From NCBI GenBank assembly GCA_963737065.1, contig CAVTRC010000002.1, forward strand, positions 517,125 through 581,124: 64,000 nt of DNA, given 5' to 3'. Below are positions 51,842 through 60,984 of this stretch, in pieces. Position 1 is the stretch's first letter; the number at the start of each line of letters is the position of its first letter. The notes below the pieces were generated by a model. That model was not told the DNA's origin. It made no database searches and saw nothing but the letters and a program-made list of their open reading frames with translations. Position numbers and translations under genes: made by a program. This DNA comes from Candidatus Eremiobacteria bacterium (GTDB lineage: Bacteria; Vulcanimicrobiota; Vulcanimicrobiia; Vulcanimicrobiales; Vulcanimicrobiaceae).

Positions 51842-53665
51842 ATGAGCAGTGTGCAATTTTTACGCGACCTTGTACGTCGGATGTTTGTACCGGCATTTTT
51901 TGTCCTCGCTGTCGGCCTCGCTAGCTGTAGCGGAGGCGGAGGAGCGAAAGGCCTCCTACCCTCCGGTATTTCGCCGGCTTCGGATAGCGTAGGGCAACCT
52001 GTCGTAGCAGATGCATCCGCGTCACCGGCCGCTTCGCCAATCCCCCTTCCCACCGGTATCACGACGGTCTCCGGTACGATTGTTTTCATTTCCTCACCGC
52101 GCGTCTTGATTCAACAGGCGCTGCCCCACGGAAAGATGTGGGTTACGACGTCTGGTGCGCAGAGTTTCGGTGCGCCGCTCAACATGGGCGCTTACCTAGA
52201 AGCAAGCGGCTCACGGTCGAACTCCGGTGTGACGGCCAGTTCGATCAGCGTCTTTCCATCGGCACCTGCCGCGATTAGCGTTCAAGGAACCATCGTTGCG
52301 GCTTCCGCCTATGGTTTCACGCTTAACGTAGACGCGCAGCACTCGGCGGTGCCGATCGTTTTGAATAGCTCCGTTGTCCTTGCCGGCGGCCTGCTTGATC
52401 CGGGCGATCAAGTGAAGATCGCGGGAACTGGGTCCACAGACGTGGCGGTTACACCGGCTCAGATCACGGTTTCTGCGCCAACGCCACCGCCTGCCGTTAC
52501 GACCCCCACACCGGGTCCCATTGCGCAGAAGCACTTGCTTACAGGCGACTACCTCGGTACGCCGTGGGGCACGACGAGCGTTTCTCCGGCGCAGGCGGCT
52601 CCATTCTTGAACTGGGCCGAAACTAACGTTTCAAACTGCGCTGGACTATGAAGGGCTGCCGGAATTAAGGTGCTCGCGTACATGAATCCCAATCGGACGA
52701 AGATCGACGGATCCGCTCTACACGTCCGATGAGTCGACGTTCGCTCATGATTGTTCCGGCAATCGCGTCACCACGCAGTTTAACGGTATCACTCAATACG
52801 TGATGAACGTTGAGGCACCGAGCTATCAACAACTCTATGCGAACTACGTTTCTAAACACATTGGCTCGGCGCCAGTGGACGCGCTCTTCGCTGACAACAT
52901 GGGCGGGCTCACGTCAGGAAGCTACACTTTTTCAGCCCTTCCGTGCGGTTACAACGGAGAGTGGGTGGCTCGCCGGTCAGGGTCAGATAGACAGCGTTTC
53001 GTCCACGCCGGCCCTGTTCAATGGACTCTCCGCTCTGAACGGACACAACGTTTCGTCAACGCTCAATCTACTATCGGACAACGCGTTGGGCGCGAACTAC
53101 GAGCATTGCTACTCCACAAGTGGCTCCAGCACGCAGTTGAAAGTAAATGGATGGCTGTGGCAGACAACGGAAAACACAGAGATCGCTGTCGCCGCTCAAA
53201 ACAAATTGTTCTCATGCATGGTGCGAAATCTTAATGATGCGGCAAGTAGCGCGGACGAAAGAATCTACGTACTTGCATCGTTCTTACTTACGTATGACCC
53301 GCAAACAAGCATCTTGTGGGAAGAGTTTGGGACACCGTCGGGGTTCAACGTCATGCCGGAATCGCAATTGGTCGTCCTCGATCCCGTAGTTGGACAGCCC
53401 GAGCTCAATCAGCGGACTCCAGCTCGCCGGAGGAGCTTACGGACGAGAGTATCAGCAGTGTTACATCGGCGGCAACTTCGTTGGGCCATGCGCCATCGTT
53501 GTCAATTCAAATAGCTACGGATCAGTGCCGTTCCCATACCCGCAGTATCAACACACACTAGTCCTTAATGGCGAAGGGGTCTTGGATGGTGGTGCGATGA
53601 GCACGACCGGTGGAGCGCCTCCGACGTCGCTTCCCGCAATGGAATCGGCGATCGTCTTCCGCTAG
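51842..53665 (+). CDS. Paralogous lipoprotein with N-terminal DUF5666-like OB repeats and putative glycoside hydrolase domain, several frameshifts
   Basis: Lipobox LASC; two GTI...G..V...G OB-like repeats; C-terminal part shares LNWA.T, DALFADN, FNGLS, WQ.TENTEI, LWEEF.TP.G, PESQ and GVLDGG with 50349-51713. Confidence 0.7.
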
Positions 53666-53696
53666 CACGCGGGTCAAACGTACGAGGGCGGGCGAT

Positions 53697-54875
53697 TCAC
53701 GTTCCCGCCCTTTGTTCTTCAACTCGCCAGGAGCCGAGCGAGTGATAAATGGCGTCGTAGGACGCTGCGTTCGCCTCCCATGTAAGATGCTCTCGCGCGA
53801 AGGTCTCGGCGTTACGCTCAAAGCGGCTGCGAAGGACGTCGTCGCTCAGTATGCAATTAAGGGCATCACGGAGTGCGTCCACATCGCCAGCCTCGTGCAC
53901 GTATCCGTTTTCGCCGTGACGGACAATCTCTGGAATTCCGCCGACGTTCGAAGCCACGACGGCTCGTCCGCAATTGAGTGCTTCGCAAACGGCTGTCGGA
54001 AGGCCCTCCGCATAGCTGGGCAACGCAAAACAATCGCAAGCTTTCAAAATTTGCGCAACGCGTTCTTGCGATACGAAGCCAAACCATGCGACATCAATGT
54101 TGAGGTGCTGTGCCCGTTCGACGATGTATCGGCGCCCTGGGCCATCGCCAGCAACAAGAAGTTTGGGCCGAAGTGTTAAGCCGCTCGTCGCGTTGATAAG
54201 ATCGATGATTCCTTTGTCGGCTCGAAGGTGACCTGTAAATGCGACGACGCGCCGGCTTCGATCAATCCCTAGCGCCTCACGAGCTTGTGCGCGATCCTCG
54301 CTCGTGAACAACCGGCGATCGGCGCCATTGTAAATTACGTCGACTCGCTCCCTGCCTAAGCGGCGCAGATGCGACCCAACGAACTGCGAGACCGCGACGA
54401 CGGCGGCCGCATCGCCAACTACCTTCCGACTCAATCGCTCCAGTCCGCTTCGCATCCATGGAAGCCGGTAAGTCTCAGAACCGTGCGCCGTTATGATGTA
54501 TCGACGCCCCGTACATTTCGCGAGCAATCCGGATGGTAGCAATCCATGAGCGTGGACGACATCGGGCTTGAAGGCGGCGATCTCACGTTGCAATGCACCG
54601 TACAGTTGCAACGGGAGCAGTGTACCGATGCCCCAACGTCGCGGGCCCACAAGTCCCCGTAAGATCTGGACCGGTATGCCATCGACTTCGTACCGCAGTG
54701 GTAGGGTAGGATGATGGGGATTGCGGTGGCGCGCGAGGGGCACCCAGGGAACGAAGCGGATCACGCGCGCGTCGTACCCGCGGCGCGCCAGGGCCTCGAT
54801 ATGCCGGAGATTGAAAATGCCGTTGGAGGGACTCGAGGCAGATGGGAAGTTGTTTACGAGGTATAGGACGCGCAT
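53697..54875 (-). CDS. GT4 glycosyltransferase (TuaC-like)
   Basis: MRVLYLVNNFP, PDVVHAH, TAHGSE, KGIIDL, PSYAEGLPTAVCEALNCG, SNVGGIPEIV. Confidence 0.92.
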   Translation of the reverse strand: MRVLYLVNNFPSASSPSNGIFNLRHIEALARRGYDARVIRFVPWVPLARHRNPHHPTLPLRYEVDGIPVQILRGLVGPRRWGIGTLLPLQLYGALQREIAAFKPDVVHAHGLLPSGLLAKCTGRRYIITAHGSETYRLPWMRSGLERLSRKVVGDAAAVVAVSQFVGSHLRRLGRERVDVIYNGADRRLFTSEDRAQAREALGIDRSRRVVAFTGHLRADKGIIDLINATSGLTLRPKLLVAGDGPGRRYIVERAQHLNIDVAWFGFVSQERVAQILKACDCFALPSYAEGLPTAVCEALNCGRAVVASNVGGIPEIVRHGENGYVHEAGDVDALRDALNCILSDDVLRSRFERNAETFAREHLTWEANAASYDAIYHSLGSWRVEEQRAGT

Positions 54876-54904
54876 GACGTCTTCTTCGGTCGTGTGTCGC
54901 ATCC

Positions 54905-56042
54905 ATACTTCACATAACGACGGTCCATCAAGCTCTCGACACGCGGATCTACTACAAGGAGGTCTGTTCCTTAGCGGACGCCGGCTACCGCGTGGCGCTC
55001 GCTACGACCGTCGCGAAACCGGAGAGACACGGCACGGTCGAATTCATTCCGCTCGGGAGTCGACACGGGCCGCGTTGGCGCCGGTTAGCGCGCGATTTCC
55101 GTGCACTTCTAACGATGCTCCGCAACCGTAGTGCGATTCTTCACATCCACGATCCGGAGCTGCTTCTCGTGGCCGCCATACCGGCTATGTTCGGAGCTCG
55201 GGTAGTTTATGATGTTCACGAGTTTTATATCGAACGAATATCGTCTTCGCAATGGATCCCGGCAGCATTACGTCGCGCCGCCGCGCGGCTCTATGACTCG
55301 GCGGAGCGATTGATTTTGCCACACTTTGCAGGCGTCGTTGTCGTGCATCACTCAATGGCGCCGCGGTACCAGCGGCTAGTCAGAAACGGCAACGTATCAG
55401 TGGTGCGAAACTTCCCAAACCTCAACGCCATGGAGCTCACGGCGGCGAAACGCGCACACCACCCGCTCAATGGTTCCCCGTATGCGATCCATACGGGAGG
55501 CGCAATGCGGTTGCGCGCGTTCCATACGATCGTCGAGGCCGCAGAGAACTTGCCGCCCGCGCCTGTGCGTTGAAAATAGTAAATCTTGGTCCACTCGACT
55601 TATCCGAGTATTCGTCCGAGACGAGAAAAGCGCTGCTAGAGCGCGCCGAAGACGCAAACTCGTTATGTTCGGGCCGCGTTCCTATGAGGAGACGCAGCAG
55701 TGGCTTGCTCACGCAGAGATTGGTCTGTTGCCCTTGATTGATACGGAAAATAACCGGAACGGTATGCCGAATAAACTCTTCGAATATTCGCTCTTCGGGC
55801 TTCCGATCGTTGCAACCGATCTGGGCCGCGTTGCGGAAATTGTTCGCTCCACGACGGCCGGTATTCTGGTACCTCCGGAGAGCGGAATGCTCCTCAGCGA
55901 GGCGCTCGCGCACCTCCATACAAACGAACAGGAACGGCGAGCGTTATCCGCAGCTTCACTTCGCGCTTCCAAGGAGTTTACGTTTGCGTCCGAGTTCACT
56001 CGGCTTTGTGATCTCTACTCGAAAATCGAGGCGACGGCGTGA
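54905..56042 (+). CDS. GT4 glycosyltransferase, frameshift near 55555; start codon not evident
   Basis: ILHITTVHQALDTRIYYKE, HIHDPELL, YDVHE, VRNFP, PNKLFEY..FGLPIVATD. Confidence 0.85.
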
Positions 56043-57064
56043 ACTTTTCTGAATCGTTTGCGTTGCTTCAACGGATGTTTCCGCTTCGCTGGTCATTCGA
56101 GCGAGAATACCGCTTACCATCAGGCGACGCATCGCAACCCTACTACATCGGATGGGATCCCAGCCCGCGTCCAACGGGTGAGGACTGGAGCGATGCACAA
56201 CTGGACAGCGACGGTGTACTGAAGACCGGCAGCTACTACAACACTGTACGGATTTCGCAATATGCGCTGTTTCATCACGCTCGGTGGGTGAAGACTCGGG
56301 ATCGCGATGCTCGGCGGAGATTCCTCGATCAAGCGACACATCTAGTGAACGCGCAGCAGCATGACGGCGGCTATCCGTACCCAATTCCGCTGCCGGCGTA
56401 CGGAGCTGAGAGTGGATGGCTGTCCGGCATGGCGCAAGGCGAGGCGGCGTCGGTTCTTCTGCGCGCGTACGCCGAGACGGGCGACAAAACGTACATTGAA
56501 AAAGGCCGTCGCGCGCTCGGGCCGTTACGGACCGATGTCGCGCACGGTGGAGCAGCCTACATACGTGGCGGCGACGTGTTCTTCGAAGAGGTTGCGACGA
56601 AGGCACCTTGTCACATTCTCAACGGTCATCTATTCGCGGCTTTCGCGGTATGGGAGTATGGCAAATTCGGCTTTGGTGACGACGAGTTCGCGATGCTGCA
56701 CGAGAAGGCGGTCGATACGCTTCGCCGATGGATTTGGCGGTATGATGCCGGCGGATGGTCCTGCTATCATTTGGGCGCAGACGCGCACGGGCGCCGTCAT
56801 TACGCGCCACTGTGGTATCATCACTTTCACATTGCGCAGCTTCGCGTTTATGGAGCGATGACTGGGATTGATGCATTTCGCCGCGTAGCCGATCGATGGG
56901 ATTTTGCACTCTCCAATCTGAGAGTACGCGCGCGGGTGTGGCGGTACCATGCCCAACTTATCGCGCGCGGCGCATCGAGGCGAATAACAAACAGGCCGAT
57001 TACCCCTTTCCGCCCGCTGAGTGAATTGCGCGGTCCGCAATGTACAAGCTCCACTTCGCTATAG
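56039..57064 (+). CDS. D-glucuronyl C5-epimerase family protein
   Basis: WLSGMAQGEAASVLLRAY, FFEEV, HILNGHLF, YDAGGWSCY and WYHHFHIAQL match the C-terminal catalytic domain of GlcA C5-epimerases. Confidence 0.9.
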   Translation: MNFSESFALLQRMFPLRWSFEREYRLPSGDASQPYYIGWDPSPRPTGEDWSDAQLDSDGVLKTGSYYNTVRISQYALFHHARWVKTRDRDARRRFLDQATHLVNAQQHDGGYPYPIPLPAYGAESGWLSGMAQGEAASVLLRAYAETGDKTYIEKGRRALGPLRTDVAHGGAAYIRGGDVFFEEVATKAPCHILNGHLFAAFAVWEYGKFGFGDDEFAMLHEKAVDTLRRWIWRYDAGGWSCYHLGADAHGRRHYAPLWYHHFHIAQLRVYGAMTGIDAFRRVADRWDFALSNLRVRARVWRYHAQLIARGASRRITNRPITPFRPLSELRGPQCTSSTSL

Positions 57065-57179
57065 CGCGAACGTCGATTTGTCTTCGCCGTAGCACGAAAG
57101 CATTTGGCAATCGGGGAACGTCGCACTTCGCCGCATTATCATATCTTATGTTTGCCGTAGAGCGTCCTTGGCGCGAACG

Positions 57180-57470
57180 ACTTCTAACGCCCAATCCAGA
57201 CCAGTGGAGTGTATAGGTCAGCGCACGATCGGACGGTCACGGAACGGCGTAGAGTCGGCGTTAACCTCGTAATGGGTGTTAGCGCCGGAGTAAAATTGAC
57301 CCTTATATGTATGATTAGGGTGCGTCTGCTCTGGCTCCAAAATTGACAGTCGGATTGACTTGGGGTGGAATGGCCGGCAGGCGCGTCTTTTCCGCAGCGC
57401 GTTTTGGCTGGTAAGCCGAGTGCAAATGCTCAATAAGGGATCGCCGACGTCTGCGGTAACCTCGCATAAA
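57180..57470 (+). ncRNA. Candidate IS110 bridge RNA (left-end non-coding RNA); boundaries approximate
   Basis: About 400 bp non-coding stretch 5' of an IS110 recombinase with several stems (CGGCGTTAAC/GTTAGCGCCG, CCCT..AGGG, CCGGCAGGCGCG/CGCGTTTTGGCTGG); inferred from IS110 biology, not from a covariance match. Confidence 0.5.
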
Positions 57471-57480
57471 AGGAGAACGC

Positions 57481-58569
57481 ATGCGCGTCGTTGCGGGCGT
57501 CGATTGTCACAAGGATTCTCACACCATCGTATTCGTTGATGGAGTTGGGAAAGCGCTCTCGGAGATCACCATTGCAACGAACGCCGCAGGGTATGCGACT
57601 GCGATCGAAAGAGCACGGTCGTTTGGCACCGTTGAATGGGGTCTTGAGGGAAGTGGTTCGTTCGGACGTGGCTTCGCCGATGCTCTGCTGAAAAGCAACG
57701 CCGTCGTATACGAGGTTCCAGGTTCGTTCACTAAACGTCACCGCAAACACGCAAGCCGAAGAGGAAAATCCGATCCACTCGACGCTCGAGCGATTGCCGA
57801 AGCAGTTCTGCGCGAATCCGATCGCTTGCGGCGTTGCGAACGTCTGGATGAACAGGAAGCAGTCCGGTTACGTTATGATCGCCGCGATCGACTTGTGCGA
57901 CAGCGGACGGAGGCTGTAAATCGGCTGCGGGATGCCGCATTGCGGCTGGCGATTGGACCGCTGCCCTCGAACATGACCACCGAAATTGCATTGCAGAATG
58001 CAGCAGATCTTCTAACGGGTCATCGCGGTAAGAGCTATACCGGCGATGCGCTTGCTGATGAGATGGACGAGGCCATCTCGGAAATCCGCCGGCTCAATGC
58101 AGCAGTGAATGCGCTGGAACGCCAACTGCGCCCTTTCGTTAAGCGCCTTGCGCCCGAATTGCTGGAGCTTCGAGGCGTTTCCATTGTCGTTGCTGCCGGG
58201 ATCATTGGACATGCCGGCAATCTTTGCATGTATCGCAATGCCGCGAGCTTCGCGATGCGCGCCGGGGCGGCGCCCGTTCCGTGTTCGAGCGGTCGCAACG
58301 CGAGCGTCCGTGTCAACACCGGTGGTGATCGTCAGCTCAATCGATTACTCCATGTTATTGCGTTGGTCCAAAACCGCACGCGCAATCATCCGGGCCAACT
58401 CTATTATGCGCGTAAGCGAGCTGAGGGCAAGACGCATCGAGCTGCGATGCGTTCTCACAAACGGCAGCTGGCAACGGTTGTGTTTTATCGGTTGCAACCG
58501 ATGCAAGACCGACTTGCGCGCAATAGTCAGATGTGTAAACCGAGACTTCGTCTGACAGTTGGCGCATGA
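57481..58569 (+). CDS. IS110-family transposase/recombinase
   Basis: RuvC-like DEDD residues D8 (GVDCHK), E56 (GLEGSG), D98/D101 (GKSDPLDA); Transposase_20 region AGAAPVPCSSG...GGDRQLNRLL; AAGGAG RBS; last ~12 codons are read-through into the IS481 end. Confidence 0.95.
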   Translation: MRVVAGVDCHKDSHTIVFVDGVGKALSEITIATNAAGYATAIERARSFGTVEWGLEGSGSFGRGFADALLKSNAVVYEVPGSFTKRHRKHASRRGKSDPLDARAIAEAVLRESDRLRRCERLDEQEAVRLRYDRRDRLVRQRTEAVNRLRDAALRLAIGPLPSNMTTEIALQNAADLLTGHRGKSYTGDALADEMDEAISEIRRLNAAVNALERQLRPFVKRLAPELLELRGVSIVVAAGIIGHAGNLCMYRNAASFAMRAGAAPVPCSSGRNASVRVNTGGDRQLNRLLHVIALVQNRTRNHPGQLYYARKRAEGKTHRAAMRSHKRQLATVVFYRLQPMQDRLARNSQMCKPRLRLTVGA

Positions 58570-59737
58570 TCGCGTCGCTGAGTGTCAGATGGTTCCAATG
58601 GCGCTAAACTCAGGCTGCAAATAGCTTCTCCTTGGCGAGTTCCAAGCTGTCGAAAAATGTCTGCATCGGCGTCTTGCCGTAACACCAGCGCCCTTGATGC
58701 GTGCGTTCTATGTTGTACTCGCGCATCCATGCATCGAGATCGGCTTGCAGCTCGTCGACCGTATGGTAAATCTTCTTGCGGAATGCCACGCGGTAGAATT
58801 CGTTAAGCATCGTCTTGTGAAGGCGTTCAACGATGCCGTTTGTTTGGGGGCTCTTTGCCTTGGTGCGCGTGTGATCGATGTCTTCGATTGCGAGGTACAA
58901 CTCGTAAGGATGCTTCTGGACGTCTCCGCAGTACTCGGTTCCACGATCAGTGAGGATTCGGCTCACGCGAATATCGTGCTCTTCAAAGAATGGAATGACC
59001 CGATCATTGAGCAGATCTGCTGCAGTAATTGGCGTCTTTTGCTGGTACAGCTTCGCGAATCCAACTTTGCTATACGTGTCGACAAAGGTCTGCTGATATA
59101 CACGGCCGACGCCTTTGAGCGTGCCGACGTAGAACGTGTCTTGTGCGCCGCAATAACCGGGGCATTCACTCTCGAACTCGCCGTGCGCGTCCTTCTCGTT
59201 CTGCGCCTTCTCAAGTGCTGCGAGCTGCGCTTCGGTCAGAACCAAACCTTCCTGTGCACTTTTTGCTTCTAGTGCTTTCAATCGTTTCTTCATCGTCTCA
59301 AGATCGTGCCGCTGCCAAACGCAGCGCACGCCGGCGGGAGAAACGGTCATTGCACGTTTTTTGAGTTCATTGGCGACGCGCACTTGGCCGAACGCCGGCT
59401 GTTCTATTGCGAGCGTCACGATCGCATCCTCGATCGTTGGATCGATTCGGTTCTTCAGGATCGGTTTTCGGCGCGAGATTTCCGCGAGCGCGGCCTCACC
59501 GCCGGTTTCATAGAGCTCTTGGAAGCGATAGAAACTATCGCGACTAAACCCCATCATCTTGCAGGCCTGCTGCACGTTCCCCAACTGCTTTGCAAGGTTG
59601 AGCAGGCCGACTTTGGCACGAATGACTTTGCGTTCGGTGGTCAAGATCGTCTCCTTCGTCGCCGACGTCACGCTCAGTGACGCGGCAGGATGCGATGCGA
59701 CCTTCGCCAACTGTCCGATTAAGTCTTAGCTAATACA
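58532..59737 (-). mobile_element. IS481-family insertion sequence (1206 bp)
   Basis: Terminal inverted repeats starting TGT: TGTGTAAACCGAGACTTCGTCTGACAGTTGGCG (58532, +) vs TGTATTAGCTAAGACTTAATCGGACAGTTGGCG (59737, -), 25/33 identical; encloses the transposase. Confidence 0.85.
58610..59644 (-). CDS. IS481-family DDE transposase
   Basis: TTG start at 59644 with [61 protein letters not shown]. Confidence 0.95.
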   Translation of the reverse strand: MTTERKVIRAKVGLLNLAKQLGNVQQACKMMGFSRDSFYRFQELYETGGEAALAEISRRKPILKNRIDPTIEDAIVTLAIEQPAFGQVRVANELKKRAMTVSPAGVRCVWQRHDLETMKKRLKALEAKSAQEGLVLTEAQLAALEKAQNEKDAHGEFESECPGYCGAQDTFYVGTLKGVGRVYQQTFVDTYSKVGFAKLYQQKTPITAADLLNDRVIPFFEEHDIRVSRILTDRGTEYCGDVQKHPYELYLAIEDIDHTRTKAKSPQTNGIVERLHKTMLNEFYRVAFRKKIYHTVDELQADLDAWMREYNIERTHQGRWCYGKTPMQTFFDSLELAKEKLFAA

Positions 59738-60238
59738 GATTATAGAACGCACGGTCCGCGCCTCGTTGGTTCTTGCGCTCAACGAACACTGTCCGATGTG
59801 CTGCATCACGATCCATCGATCTATTGGTTCCAGGAATTAAACGGAACAGACCCGCTGACAGGACTCCATGCGCGCGATTACGCCGCTAACCATCATCAAA
59901 TTCGACCGGCAGTAATCTGTTCGGTACGTAACGTGGGCGATCGAGACATTGTTGACCTGCAGATCGATCCAACCGCCGAGGCGGTGAGCGTACCGCCCGG
60001 ACCCAACCCAGTACGGCCTCCGCAGCCGCTGCCGCCTTTCGAGTTTGGCCGGGTCGTTGCGAGCGATGTGCGGTATTTTGCGATTATTGACGCGTGGGAA
60101 GAACCTCAACCTGTTCCAATGAACGTCACGCTGCCTGGAAAAACGCATGACGGTACGCCGATATCGTGGTCAAATGCTAACCCGAAGACCGGCGCGCTTA
60201 TTGTCACAGTGATTTTGAACGCGCCGGCCGGTTATTAA
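59738..60238 (+). CDS. Hypothetical protein, possibly 5'-truncated by IS481
   Basis: The frame of ORF 59798-60238 stays open back to the IS481 end at 59737 and lacks a clear RBS. Confidence 0.5.
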   Translation, partial: DYRTHGPRLVGSCAQRTLSDVLHHDPSIYWFQELNGTDPLTGLHARDYAANHHQIRPAVICSVRNVGDRDIVDLQIDPTAEAVSVPPGPNPVRPPQPLPPFEFGRVVASDVRYFAIIDAWEEPQPVPMNVTLPGKTHDGTPISWSNANPKTGALIVTVILNAPAGY

Positions 60239-60984
60239 GCCTCCGGTCGGTACCCAGAAGCCAGTGCAACATTAAACCGCGTGCCGGTACAGAAAAGAAA
60301 AACGCCGCTCGGCTCTTCGGAATCGGGCACGCTTTTTCATTGCGGAGATGAGCTTAACCGCGACGTGCGCGTGGCGCAGGCTTCCATGTGGCTTTCCGCT
60401 TTTGATGTCGCGGACAGCCTGAGCGAGTGATGGTATCCCCACTACTCCAGGGAGGATAGGTGAAAATTTCGTTCGTTGGGTCGTCTCCCCAATTCTACTC
60501 CGCGAGCGCTCCACGCAAAGCTCTCTGCTGGAGCACGGCCGTTATCGAAACCTCGGTCGCCGAATTGCCGGCTTGGCCACAAGTTTAACCGTGCGAACGC
60601 GGTTCGCCCTCGGGCTCAACATGGCAACTCAGCGCCGAAACGCGATTGATGTCATTTTTCACGGTGCTCGCTTTTTCTGAAGCCATCACGAATTGAATGA
60701 GCTTCGGTTTGCGTTTTGTCGTTGATAGATATTTTCGGGCGGAGGCTGTGCTTTACGACCCGTCGAGCGTGTGGCTCGCACAGCGCCCGCGGCATTGCGT
60801 AGCGTCCGCCGAGAAAGCCGACATTTTGCGCAGGCGCTCGCCGCGCCGTTCGACTGTAAAAGGAGCTGAATAGACGCGAGGCGTTGGGCTAATGGACAGT
60901 CGGATCTTATTCGTGAACCGTTGAAACGATGTACCCGAATCACGCACCTGGTTGTAAGCGATGCAACGGCATTTGCGCTGGCGT

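Noticed and set aside
59645..59710. Longer start of the IS481 transposase
   Set aside because: Runs into the terminal repeat; TTG at 59644 has a strong AAGGAG RBS
60272..60980. Short ORFs between the hypothetical gene and the BNR-like gene
   Set aside because: No recognisable motifs or RBS; may be degraded mobile DNA but not supportable
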